Source: Octopus vulgaris (Eukaryota). Taken from it: a stretch of 64,000 nucleotides of DNA. Shown one piece after another: positions 26,300 to 39,238 of the stretch. How positions within the stretch are numbered: position 1 is the first letter of the stretch; each line of letters opens with the position of its first letter. The stretch covers positions 42,346,001 to 42,410,000 of the forward strand of contig OX597825.1 in NCBI GenBank assembly GCA_951406725.2. The letters run 5' to 3'. Below the pieces are notes generated by a model. The model was not told where the DNA came from. It saw nothing but the letters and a program-made list of their open reading frames with translations, and made no database searches. The position numbers and the translations under genes were made by a program.

Positions 26300-26342
26300 C
26301 CACTACAATCGTTTCATGTCTTCAATGACATTCTTCAGGTGG
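26300..26342 (-). ncRNA. minimal type-I hammerhead ribozyme (intact core)
   Basis: minus strand ccac-CTGAAGA-atgtc-attgaa-gacat-GAAA-c-gatt-GTA-gtgg: stems I, II and III and a GUA site. Confidence 0.8.
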
Positions 26343-26739
26343 ATTTTCGATCTAAAATATCAATATATTAAAATATAAGTCTAAAATAATAAAATTATCA
26401 ATGAAAAATATAAATATATATAACCTATATATAATCTATATATAATCAATATATAATCTAAAATAAACCCTATAAACAATTGAATATAAAGAAACCTATT
26501 ATTAAAGTTCTCATATTTAAAGATGTACAAAAAACAAAAAACAAAATACAAAAAACAAAAAACAAAAAAAACAAAAAACAAAAAAAACAAAACAACAAAT
26601 ACAAAAACAAAAAACAAAAAAACAAAAACAAAAACAAAAACAAAAACGAATTATATTATATAATATTTCACTATAAAATTGGATTTAATCCTAAATCTGA
26701 TTTTTCCCTGTAAATTTGGATTATTCCCTAATATTTATT

Positions 26740-27010
<271 letters not shown>

Positions 27011-27074
27011 ACTAGCTTAAGGTGACCCACTCTACGCGTGGGTAGGTGTGTGGTTGTTATTTTCTGTTGCATCC

Positions 27075-27403
27075 TTTCGGCATGTAAAAAGCACCATCCG
27101 AACGTGGCCGATGGCAGCGCTGCCTTGACTGGCTTCTGTGCCGGTGACATGTAAAAAGCACCAACCGATCGTGGCCGCTGCCAGTACCCCTCTCCCTGTG
27201 GCACCTGTGCCGGTAGCATGGAAAAAGCACCCACTACAATCACGGAGTGGCTGGCGTTAGGAAGGGCATCCAGCTGTAGAAACACTGCCAGATCAGACTG
27301 GAGCCTGGTGCAGCCTCCTGGCTTCCCAGACCCTGGTCAAACCGTCCAACCCGTGCTAGCACGGAAAACGGACGTTGAACGATGATGATGATGATGATGA
27401 TGA
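27075..27403 (+). mobile_element. RTE 3' tail
   Basis: three gtaaaaagcacc-type modules, conserved end and (GAT)n. Confidence 0.85.
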
Positions 27404-28282
27404 TTCTCCCTCTTTGTTTCTCTCTCCTTTCTCTTCTCCTTTCCCACTCTCTTACTCTTCCTTTCTCTCGGACTCTCCCTCACTTTCTCTTACTCTCTAT
27501 CTTTCTCTATCTATCTCTCTCCCATTTATAAACAAGAAAAGATCTTGAGTAAGTTGAGAAAGAATGTAGTTTGAAAGATCAATCATAAATATCAGGCAGT
27601 GACAACGGAAAGGTCTGCTTCAAGGCAGACAGCAAAACACTAACATTTAAAAGGGACAGACGAACTTGCGAGCTGAATAAAAATAAAGTTTGAACAGATA
27701 GAATCTGAGGATAGTAGAGTCACCATGGCTAGCATTTCTTAACGACGGACAGTAACATAGTGGCAGTTTAACGGCTGGCATGAAATTTTGAACTTGATGT
27801 AAAAGAAAATTCCTAAACACCAAGCTTTGAAGTAGACTCACCATGGCAAGCATTCAAAACTTCTTCATCATGGACAGCAACGCATTGACGATTTAAAGGC
27901 TGGCGCAAATTTTTTAGCTTCATGTAACAGAGAATTCCTAAACACCTGCTCCTGTAAATTTTAATCCCCTTCAAGCCCCATTTAGACATCTTTTCTGATT
28001 TTGGTTAATATAACCCGATTTCATTCGGGTCTACTCGAGTCACATTTTATAAGATGAGGAATTTTGTCCTAGAGGCCATGCCTTTCATTTGAGAAAAAAA
28101 TAGTTGCCATGCAAACTCGCCAGCACTTTTAACATAGGTGTGCATATTTTCAGCACAACCGATCACATAATGCACACATTATATATATATACATATATAC
28201 GCATTATATATATATGTGTGTGTGTGTGTGTATGCATTATATATACAAATGTATACAAATCATATATATATATATATATATA

Positions 28283-28450
28283 AGCGCAGGAGTGGCTGTG
28301 TGGAAAGCAGCTTGCTAACCAACCACATGGTTCCGGGTTCAGTCCCACTGTGTGGCATCTTGGGCAAGTGTCTTCTGCTATAGCCCTGGGCCGACTAATG
28401 CCTTGTGAGTGGATTTGGTAGACGGAAACTGAAAGAAGCCTGTCGTATAT
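28283..28450 (+). mobile_element. SINE tRNA-like head
   Basis: gcgcaggagtggctgtgtgg...ggttcagtcccactg...gaaactgaaagaagcc. Confidence 0.85.
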
Positions 28451-28860
28451 ATGTATATGGTGGCGATAATAATTCTGTCTATGAATGCAGACAGATGTAG
28501 AGAGAGTGAGAGTGTGAAAGCGCTGTCAAAGGCGGCGAAGGGGAGATATAGAACGCTGTTTGACGACGTTATAAAGAGAAAGTGAAGGGGAGTTAGACGC
28601 TGTTAAACGACGTTATATATAGAAAGTGATGGGAAGGGAGGAAAGAGAGTGAGTGACGGAGGAAGACAGATACATAAAAGAATGAGAGTAGACTTGTCAA
28701 AGTGCGTTTCTAACCTAGCCCACTGGCATCCTCACCTCATTTTACATGTCCCTGTAAATTTTGGAGTCAATCCGACGGGATCTAGTGGCCTTTAACCTGT
28801 TCTCAATGCCAAAACCAGACAAACAAACTTTTCGCATTTCAGATTTATAATATAGAGATA

Positions 28861-31800
28861 TCATCATCATCATCGTTTAACGTCTGCATTCCATGCTAGC
28901 ATGGGTTGGACGATTTTGACTGAGGGCTGGCGAGCCAGATGGCTGCACCATGCTCCAATCTTCATCTGGCAGAGTTTCTACAGCTGGATGCCCATCTTAA
29001 GGCCAACCGCTAAGAGACCATAGTGGGTGCTTTTTACGTGCCACCGGCACGGGGGCCAGTCAGGCAGTCCTGGTAATGACGTCGCTCGAATCTTTTTACA
29101 CGTGCCACTGGCACAGGTGCTACTGAAGCGGCATTCGTAATGATCACGCTTGAATGATGTCCTTATACGTGCCACGGGTATGGAAGCCAATTGGCTGCTC
29201 TGGCAATGATCACGTTTGGATGGTGCACTTGGCACCCTACTAGCAAAGGTATATGCCAGTAAGGCGACGCTGATAACGATCATACCCGAATAGCCGCTCT
29301 GTCAATGATCACACTCGTATGGTGCTCTTTGCACCCTGCTAGCACAGATGCCAGTCTTCAAATTCATTTTGATTTTATTGTGATTTTGATTTCACTTGCC
29401 TCAAGCAGAGTTTAGCGACCAAAGAAGGAAAAGGTACACATAAGCGGGATTGTTACGCTCCTGGCATAGGCCACAGGTTATTGTCTCATTTGGCTTGCCT
29501 GGTCTTCTTGAGCACAGAATATTTCCAAAAGTCTCGGTCGCTAGTCATTTCCTTGGTGAGGCCTAATGTTCGAAGGTCGTGATTCACCACTTCATCCCAG
29601 GTCTTCCTGGGTCTACCTCTTCCACAGGTTCCCTCAACTGCTAGAGTGTGGCACTTTTTCACACAGCTATCCTCATCCATTCTTGCCATATGACCATACC
29701 AGCGCAGTCGTCTCTCTTGCACACCACATCTAATGCTTCTTAGGTCCAACTTTTCTCTCAAGGTACTTACACTCTGATTACACATCCATCGGATCATACT
29801 AGCTTCATTCCTTGCGAGCTTACGCATGTCCTCAGCAGTCACAGCCATGTAGCATGGCTGTTCGTACACATGCGTCATATAGTCTACCTTTTACTCTGAG
29901 CGAGAGGCCCTTTGTCACCAGCAGAGATAAGAGCTCTCTGAACTTTGCCCAAGCTATTCTTATTCTAGCAGCTACACTTTCAGTGCACCCTCCTTCACTA
30001 CTGACTTGGTCACCTAGATAACGGAATCTATCAACTATTTCTAGTTTTTCTCCCTGGAATGTGGCGGAAGTTGGTCTCTGCGCATTTTCAGTGTTTATCG
30101 CTCCCGAGCATCTGCCACATACAAAAACTATCTTCCCAATTAGCCTTCCTTTGATATTATTGCACCTCTTATGTTTCCATAGCTTACACTGGATACATCT
30201 TATAGAGTTTCTACCTACGCCTCTACTACAGATTGAGCAGGGCTATCTACCTGAAGGGATTTGTGGTTTGTCTGCCTTCCTACTTATTAGGACTTTGGTT
30301 TTAGCTAGGTTGATTTTAAGGCCCTTCGATTCTAATCCTTGTTTCCACACTTGAAACTTCTCCTCGAGTTCTGATAGTGACTCAGCAATTAGAGCAAGGT
30401 CATCAGCATCGAGGAGCTCCCAGGGGCATCCTGTCTTGAATTCCTCCGTTATTGCCTGGCAGACTATGATAAATAGGAGAGAGCTGAGGACTGAACCCTG
30501 GTGGACCCCAACCTCTACCTTGAATTCTTCAGTGTACTCGTTGCCAACCCTTACCTTACTTACAGCTTCACTGTAGATGCCTTGCACAGCTCTCACTAGC
30601 CATTCATCTATCCCCAGTTTCCTCATTGACCACCAGATAAGGGATTGGGGGACCCTGTCAAAGGCTTTCTCCATGTCAACGAAAACCAAGTACAGGGGCT
30701 TATCTTTGGCTAGGTATCTCTCCCGAAGCTGTCTCACCAGAAATATGGCATCAGTGGTACTTTTCCCTGGCACAAAACCAAACTGCATCTCATCCAAGTT
30801 GACTCTCTCCCTAATCAGTTGGGCTATGACCTTCTCCGTAACCTTCATTACTTGATCCAACAGCTTGATACCTCTGTAATTATTTGTATCTTGGGCGTCA
30901 CCTTTACTTTTTAAGCAGTTGACTATTATGCTGCTACACCAGTCATTGGGTATGACTCCTTCGTGTATCACCTGGTTAACTATACGGGTGACTAGGCTAT
31001 AGCTGACACTACCAGATATTTTGAGCATCTCCGTAGTAATTCCTGATGGGCCTGGGGCTTTACCTGTCTTCATGCTTCTAATTGCCTTAACTTCCAAGGA
31101 ACTGTCAACTCGGATAGCTGGTCCTTCTGTTGGGTCGACATTCGGCAGACTCTTTATCCCATTCATTTTCTTCATTCAGCAACCTTTCATAGTGGCGTCT
31201 CCAAACCTCTCTCTTTGCATCCTCATTTAGCGCAAGTGAACCATCATCCATGCGAACACATTTCTCTCCTACCACCTCACGATTCTCTCTCACAAACTGT
31301 CTTGCAACACGAAATACCTCAAGTATTTGGTCCTCACGGCGCAGAACATTGGCAAATATTTTCTTATCTACTTCCCCTCTGGCTAAATAAACCTGCCTCC
31401 TAGCTTCCCTTCTGGCAGTCCGATACACTTCCTTGCTACCACCGTTCTTCCAGTCCTTCCAAGCCTGTTTCTTTTGTCTAATAGCATTGTCAACAACATT
31501 GTTCCACCACCATGTTATTTTGGGTTGAGAGGGGGCCTTGCACCATCCACAGAGCTGGTCGGTGGCTCTTAACACGTTGTCCCGTAGGAACTTTCAGTTG
31601 TCTTCTATACCATGTGAAGCTATATTCCCTTCTATTTCATCAAAGGCTCTGAGTAATATGTTTCTAAATCTCTGTCCGTTAGCAGGATCTTTAAGTCTCC
31701 AGACCCATCTTCTCCTTGCGGGTCGTCTTCTGGGCATCCATTTAGGCCTGATCCTGAAGTCATTAACTACCAGTCTATGTTGTGGGGTACATTCTTCGCC

Positions 31801-32130
31801 AGGGAAGGATTTGGCATTTATAAGCAGCCATCTTTCCCTTTTTCTGGTGAGGATGTAGTCAATCTGACTAGTGTGTCTGCCAGATTGGTAGGTGACTAGG
31901 TGGCTGGCAGGTTTTCTGAAGTTAGTATTGCAAACCATAAGATCATTTGCGTCACAAAACTCCAGCAGCCTGGTTCTCTCCTCATTGCGAGAGCCCAAAC
32001 CATAGCCTCCATGTATGCCATGGAAGCCACTGACATGTCCAACATGTCCATTGAAGTCACCATCCACAAAGAGAAGGTCCCTGTCATTCATAGTCTGCAA
32101 GAAGGTGTCATAGAATCGGTCTTTCTGTCC

Positions 32131-32132
<2 letters not shown>
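28861..32132 (-). mobile_element. RTE-clade LINE, 5'-truncated and defective (APE endonuclease, RT with PHD insert, 3' UTR)
   Basis: GDFNGHVG and SQIDYIL (APE); NYRGIKLL, QFGF, DMEKAFD, HQGS and DADD in place of YADD (RT); LRWYGH and GRPRKTW; frameshifts and a TAG at 30243; (GAT)n tail. Confidence 0.95.
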
Positions 32133-32180
<48 letters not shown>

Positions 32181-32299
32181 TATACATATATACAAACAAA
32201 AATACCCTGTTGTTAATTTTGAAATTCCAATGAAGATCTCGGTTAGATAGTAACAGTTTCTCTATTGGCAAGAAATCTTGAGATAAAACTGAATAATGA
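32181..32299 (+). mobile_element. R4/Dong 3' terminus
   Basis: matches the 3' UTR at 4028-4140 and is followed by (CATA)n. Confidence 0.8.
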
Positions 32300-32314
32300 C
32301 ATACATACATACAT

Positions 32315-32997
32315 TGGCCAACAATGTGTTTGCAGTACTAGTACTCATACCAATATTTGGGTTGCTTGATGAGGTCTGAGCCATACATGTGTAAACCTGG
32401 AAGATACTAACCAGTGGACATAATTTCCACATCGACAGTGACATAAATTTTGATGTAAAATGAAAACATGGAGAGAGAGAGAGAGAAGCTTAACATCGAT
32501 CCAAAATGCATTTCAATGTCATATCAAATCTCGTCGGTAACATCTTTTAACCACCAAGTGTCAATGTGCATCTCTTGACCAAGTTTGCATACATGAGGCA
32601 GATAACATCACGAGACTTGGAAAGCAGCATTCCTCATCTGATGAACTTAAATACATGCCCAAAGAAGTTGCACAACCCTACTGTAATGTATCATTAGGTG
32701 AAAGGATGAGCATATATCAGCAGAAGACCATGCATGGAGATGTTAACAAAAAGCTCTGGGATGATTATAACATTGATCATCAAAGCAGTCTATCATGAAC
32801 TAACCACTGGGTTACTAACTCCCACTTTGAAGGGTATGCATTTGCAATCCAGGAACAGGAAGTATCAACCAAATACCTAATGCACAAATGGAACAGAGAC
32901 ATGGGGAAAGCAGCAAAATGTGATAACTGATGCAGGCTTTGTGGAGTTAACACCAAAAGTGTCACCCACATCATAAGCTGTTGTCCAAAAATGTCAT
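32315..32997 (+). mobile_element. R4/Dong internal fragment
   Basis: homologous to 4890-5570 (SHFEGYAFAIQEQEVSTKYL, C..CG....HIISCC). Confidence 0.85.
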
Positions 32998-33129
32998 CTA
33001 CTGACATTTATGTAGTCCTTAAATGATGGCAACTTTAATTAGAAATTTCTCTTGTCCATTAATGAACATGCTACTGCTCGCTTGTTTATTTTTGTGAGTG
33101 TGATGAGTTGAGAGTTGTGTAACAATCAT

Positions 33130-34650
33130 CCGATGGATGTTGTGCATGCCTGTCCACTTGATATGTTTTCTATGGCTGGACACCGTTCTTAATACCAACA
33201 TTATTGCATGTAACTGGCCTCAACACTAGTGAAAATTTAATAGCATAAATGGTCCCTTTAAATATAGACAGTAAGAGGACAGAGGGCATGATAATTCTAA
33301 ACAAGGTGATAAGAGAGTGTGAAGAACAGCGTTATAGTTGTAAGAGGGAAATAGCTCAGTGTGGGAATGAATCGAGGGGAGTCTTTAAAGAAATGAGAGA
33401 TGTAAGACCAAAGTAGAAAGGTGAGAAGGGGTACTAAAGAGGGCGAGAAGCTGTTAGGAAACAAGGTAAAGGATGGTGTGACAGTGGGGAGTGTAGCAAG
33501 AACAAAGAGAAGAAATGCTGGACAGTATAATAGGGGTAGAGAAGAACAACAACATTGGAATGCAAAGTAAACATCTAAGAAGGGAGATTGTGGAAAGACA
33601 GTGAGAGAAAGGCATAGGGGAGGGGACATTTGGTGAATGTAGGGAGAGCAATAAGAAAGGCTGAAGGTCCCTGAGAGATGTGAGGCATGGATAGAGAGAT
33701 AAAAGCAAGTGCAGCTATTGGTGACAATAGATGTGGTACAGAAGAGAGTATGCTGGCTGGTAGCACAGCAGGATGAGTGCAAAAGGATGGGAGTGATGGT
33801 GATTGAATGCAGCCTCTTATATGTGAACCTAGTGAAGGAAAAGAGTTGTCAAAGAGAGTGAAGTGGATGAGGCAATCTGTCTATGTTGTAGAGAGATGAG
33901 TGATGAAAGTGAGTTTAGGAAAGACAAGAACCATAGAGAGAAAGAATGAAGATGCAAAATGAGGAGCAAGCGGGAAAGAGAGTAAGATGGGGTTGGTTGA
34001 GAATGTAACTACACACACAGACACACACACACAGTGCAGCTTCTAAAACATTATCCTTGTATGACAGTCCAGTTATGACATGGGTGCATAGTTCTATTGT
34101 CACACCATGAATACATGTAAATGCCAGGCAGTCACGTCTTTTAATCATCTCATATACGAGATGATGCATCTTCACATCGGCCCTCAACACTTCATCCCAA
34201 GTTTTCCTTGGTCTCCCACTTCACAGATTCCATTAACTTGAAGTGCTAAGCATTTTCCTATGCAGCAGTAAGCCTCCATCTGCATCACATTCATTCAACA
34301 ATGAAACCTCCTCTGTTACACATCACACCTGATTCACAAATTTTCTCTTAACTCAATTGTACTCTGGTCTTCCCACTAACATTACACATGTACTGGAGCA
34401 TTCTGGTTTCATTTCTTTCTAGTCTTGGTGAGTTTGCTGTATTCAAAGTCCAAATCTTACTATCGTGCACAAGCATCATACAATTGATTCTTCATTCAGA
34501 AAAATAGTTTTTATTTTTACAAACTTCATTAACTTTTTCCATTCCATTCTTAAATTGGTTTCAATACTTTCTATGCAACTGCCTCCACTGCTAACATGTT
34601 GCCAATACAACAGAAGCTTTTGACTACATCTTGTAAGCCATCTGGGCATC
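33130..34650 (-). mobile_element. old RTE 3' region with purine-rich UTR
   Basis: GRPRKTWDEVLRADVK near 34170-34220; same layout as 52853-55180. Confidence 0.6.
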
Positions 34651-35134
34651 TATTTCCTAATTTGTACACCCTTATGAAAAAGTTAGGGAATATTGTAGGT
34701 GCGTGTGTGATTATCTGCATGCATATGTATGTGCCTATTATTGTGTGAATGTGTGTAGGGGGTATTCCTGCATCCATGTGTGTGTGCATGCCTCTGTGTG
34801 TGTGTGTGTCTGTGTGTGTGTGTGTGTATGTGTATGCATTCCTGCATTTTTATGTGTGCATGCCTGTGTCATCATGAGTATGAGCCTATGTATGCATTTA
34901 TGTGCTTGAATGTGTACTTCTAGATCTATGTGCATGTCTATGTGCATGTGTTACTAATATTTTATACTTAATTATATTATTAATTATGATTTTATGCTTA
35001 ATATATTAATATTATATACTTAAAAAATAATTTTACTGATATCGTCATTTTTTTATATGCTAGCCACATTTTAATGATTAAATCCTCGATTTATAAGTGT
35101 GTATATATATGTATATATATATATGTATATATAT

Positions 35135-35187
<53 letters not shown>

Positions 35188-35231
35188 CATATATACATAT
35201 ATACATATATACACACACACATATATATATA

Positions 35232-35425
35232 TGTGGCACGTAAAAAGCACCCACTACACTCACGGAGTGGTTGGCGTTAGGAAGGGCATCCAGCCGTAGA
35301 AACACTGCCAGATCTGACTGGGCCTGATGAAGCCTTCCAGCTTCACAGACCCCAGTTGAACTGTCCAACCCATGCTAGCATGGAGAACGGACGCTAAATG
35401 ATGATGATGATGATGATGATGATGA
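35232..35425 (+). mobile_element. RTE 3' tail
   Basis: conserved tail and (GAT)n. Confidence 0.85.
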
Positions 35426-35571
35426 TATATATATATATATATATATATGTTTACATTAATTGCGAGGATGATCCGGTTCTTGACTGAAGATTGAAGGCTT
35501 CGGATGTCCCATCCGTGTTTTTTGCATCATCTTCTAAATGTTTTGTGTTCTTGTCCCAGTTTGTATTTTTT

Positions 35572-35631
<60 letters not shown>

Positions 35632-35840
35632 TACATATATGATTTAAAAGGGTTAGACTCACCAGTAAGATGTAACAAAATTTTTAGGACAATAAAAATA
35701 AGAAAAAAGTGGAAATTTTACCAGCGAGAGTGTTACATAATAAGGCACAAAAAGAAAATTACTCTCCCCGGACACAACAGAATATGCTTCAATGCACGAA
35801 CTCATATAAAGAATCTTGCAAACCAAATCCCAAAACGAAA

Positions 35841-35914
<74 letters not shown>

Positions 35915-35919
<5 letters not shown>

Positions 35920-36045
35920 GATGGGCTTCTTTCAATTTCCATCTACCAAATCCACTCACAAGGCTTTAGTAGAAGACACCTGCCCAAGGTGGTATATAGT
36001 GGGACTGAACGTGGAATCATGTGGTTGGGAAGCAAGCTTGCACCT
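35915..36045 (-). mobile_element. SINE head
   Basis: reverse complement of the SINE 5' part. Confidence 0.75.
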
Positions 36046-36186
36046 ATACATATATGTTTATGAACTTATAAACCTCTAATTATTAAAGTGGAAAAGTTAT
36101 CAGAAAAGCCAATTCTATTCATTTTTCAAATACATAATATTGTACCAAAGACCTTCTATTTCATATTCTACTATATATATATATAT

Positions 36187-36278
36187 CGTTTCATCGTTTA
36201 ACGTCCGCTTTCCATGCTAGCATGGGTTGGACGATTTTGACTGAGGGCTGGCGAACCAGATGGCTGCACCAGGCTCCA

Positions 36279-36280
<2 letters not shown>
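36187..36280 (-). mobile_element. RTE extreme 3' end
   Basis: close match to 28870-28960. Confidence 0.8.
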
Positions 36281-36337
<57 letters not shown>

Positions 36338-36338
<1 letters not shown>

Positions 36339-37185
36339 CAGATTATGCTGATGAGATTGCAGATTTCCATGTATCCATATGCATGGATATTAACAATAGG
36401 TAATCATTTTCATTTCGTATATTTTCATTTGTCTTCATTTTTAATGCTTTGGTTTGTACTGAGTTTTTTATTTGAGAACACATTCTTTGTGGAAAATAGC
36501 GATTTTGACGTCTATATCTAGCATGTTGACCGTCCACTTTTAGTGGTCAGTCCTTTAAATTTTGTATGTAAAAATATTTTAATCTTCGGATTTTTTTAAT
36601 ATGCTAGGCCACTGGTTTTAATTGATTAATATCAATTTCTACCCTAATTAAATTTTAAATAATAAAAAATGTTCTCTAACCGGTAAATTGACTGCTGCTA
36701 TTTATTAACTGCAGGGTAGATTTTCGATCTCAGCGTGCCAAAGTAAAGGCATTTGAAAGATACACATAAATATAATTGGCTGGACTCTATGCATGTGAGA
36801 TTCAGGTCAAACGTTTTTGTATCTAGTCCTGCAAATTGTATTTTTATATTACAGACTATGCTGATGAGATTGCAGATTTCCATGTATTCATATGCATGGA
36901 TATTAACAATCGAAACTGACCGGTACATAGGTAATCATTTTTATTTCGTATATTTTCATTTGTCTTGCTTAATTTTAATGCTTTGGTTTGTGCTGAGTTT
37001 TTTTTATTTGAGAACACATTCTTTGTGGAAAATAGCGATTTTGACGTCTATATCTAGCATGTTGACCGTCCACTTTTAGTGGTCAGTCCTTTAAATTTTG
37101 TATGTAAAAATATTTTAATCTTCGGATTTTTTAATATGCTAGGCCACTGGGTTTAATTGATTAATATCAATTTTTACCCTTATTA

Positions 37186-37190
<5 letters not shown>
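36338..37190 (+). mobile_element. hammerhead-bearing tandem unit (retrozyme-like or non-autonomous PLE), about 1.6 copies
   Basis: 36338-36655 is repeated at 36851-37190 (period 513 bp); flanked by (TA)n on both sides; non-coding. Confidence 0.8.
36856..36930 (+). ncRNA. type-I hammerhead ribozyme with long stem II (intact core)
   Basis: ctatg-CTGATGA-gattg...caatc-GAAA-ct-gacc-gGTA-catag; predicted cut after 36925. Confidence 0.88.
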
Positions 37191-37242
<52 letters not shown>

Positions 37243-37250
37243 TATTTATA

Positions 37251-38517
37251 GACATGCAGAAGTAAACAGACACCTTTAAATTTCAAAATCTTTTATCTAA
37301 TACACGAAGTGAACAATTGAAATGTAATGGGTAGGTAAGACTACTTACTTTAGTATTTAGTTGACATTCCCTTTGCAGTTTTTAATTCAGAAACGCATTT
37401 GGCATTGAACTGATGAGTTTGTAATTGTCTCTTGTGAAATTTCTGTCCACTTTTCATGCAACAATCAGAACAATTCATCTTTAGATTTAGGTTTCTGTCG
37501 AGTTTTTCATGTAGCTCTATCTAGTGTACTCCAAAGATTTTCAATTGGGTTCATGTCAGGAGATTGGCTCGCTCAAGGAAGCTTTTTGATCCCATTTTCA
37601 GTCAGCCATTGTTGATCCCTTTTTGCTGTGTGGCATGGAACCCCATCTTCCATGAATCAAACCTCATTTTTCATTATGTTATCATCTGAATACATCGGAA
37701 GTAGACTTTGCCTAAGTATTTCGATGTATTTTTCAGAGTTTATGGTTCCAACACATTTGATCAGCTCAGAATGACCATTGCTGATGACAGCTCCCCATAC
37801 CATTACAGGGATACTGCCATGTTTCACAGTTAGTTGGAGTCGATTTCAAATCAAATTCTTGATTGGGAAGCCTCCAGACACAGACACGTCCAATACCTGA
37901 AAATAGTGCAAATCTGGATTCATCTGAGAAAATCACTCTATCCCGAAATGAAGTGGATTTTTCTGACATCTCCTTAACCCATTTCTTTCTTTTCATGATA
38001 TTAATTGGTTGAAGGAGAGGTTTTCTTTTAGCTGCTCTTCTGTAATACCCAAGCTTATGCAGATATGTAACACATATTCTTGGACTACCTTCTAGTTGTT
38101 TTGCAATGTCAGAAGCCTTCGAATGGGGTTCGTTTTCCACAATTCTCTTCAAATAGTGAACCTTCCTTTCCGAGGGCCCAAGTCAGCCTGCATGAGAATC
38201 TGTTGATTCTTTTTCTTTGCTTTTGAATTGCACTATAATTCTATTAACAGTAGTAAGAGGAATTTGAAAATTTTTGGCAATTTTTTGCTGGCTGAGACCA
38301 GCCTCATACTGCCCAACAATATGACCTCTTTGAAAATCTGACAGTTCTGCTGAATTTTTTGTGCATGGCATGGTTACTCTTTGCAAATGTTTAATATAAT
38401 GGCACTGGGAATGAAAAAGAATAATTACATCGTAAATTCTACACAACTGAAAACATTAAGACACTTAGTTCAGAAATTTTGAAAATTAAAGGTGTCTATT
38501 TACTTCTGTTGGCAGTG
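37251..38517 (-). mobile_element. Tc1 (DD34E) transposon, near full-length and pseudogenised
   Basis: TIRs cagaagtaaacagacacctttaaatttcaaaat / attttgaaaattaaaggtgtctatttacttctg...cagtg; ELSDFQRG, VIFSDESRF, MEDG.PCH and SPDMNPIENLW. Confidence 0.92.
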
Positions 38518-38725
38518 CAGGTGGCATGTAAAAAACACCTTTTGAGCATAAAAGCAACCACTACACTCTCAGAGTGGTTGACGTTAGGAAGGGCATTCAG
38601 CTGTAGAAACTCTACCAGATCAGATCAGATTGGAGCCTGGTGCAGCCATCTGGTTTGCCAGTCCTCAGTCAAATCATCCAACCCATGCCAGCATGGAACG
38701 CAGACGTTAAATGATGATGATGATA
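38518..38725 (+). mobile_element. RTE 3' tail
   Basis: conserved tail and (GAT)n. Confidence 0.8.
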
Positions 38726-39180
38726 ATAATGAATACGAAGAGAGTTAGAGGTTGTGAATCTATCCAATATACTGCTGGTAGAATACCCAATTATTAATAC
38801 ACATGTTTTTTCATTGCATGGTAATTACACTACTGAATGTAATAAACTGGGTGAAAAAGTTGTTTTACCCTTAATTTATATTTTGAAATATATTTTACAT
38901 CATCATGCTACTATGACTTTTAATATAATTATAATTATAAATGTCTCTATATATATCTTTATACAGCTATACTTTTATACATCTATGCTTTTATAACTTA
39001 ATCTCATTCATCTATTTGTACATATATGTTAAACCTTTATATATTTATGTATTCATAGATATTTAATATGTTTTAATATTTTAATGATTGATACATTTAT
39101 ATATTTTGAAAACTGATATACACCAATCCATGGCGCAATATACGTTTATATAAATTGTTGAACCTATTTGAATTTTTAAC

Positions 39181-39238
<58 letters not shown>

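Larger units (their letters stand above)
27012..28858 (-). mobile_element. non-autonomous Helitron with nested RTE tail and SINE
   Basis: minus strand 5' TCtctatattataaatctg; 3' hairpin acccac/gtgggt, then CTAG|T; internal ~120-bp duplication at 27713-27946; pairing of the two ends is inferred. Confidence 0.7.

Noticed and set aside
28283-28360. tRNA-like sequences with A/B boxes
   Set aside because: They are SINE heads continuing into SINE bodies, with no clean cloverleaf.
29030-29350. Regularly spaced repeats resembling a CRISPR array
   Set aside because: The spacers are similar to one another, the repeats lie in an RTE 3' UTR, and no cas genes are present.
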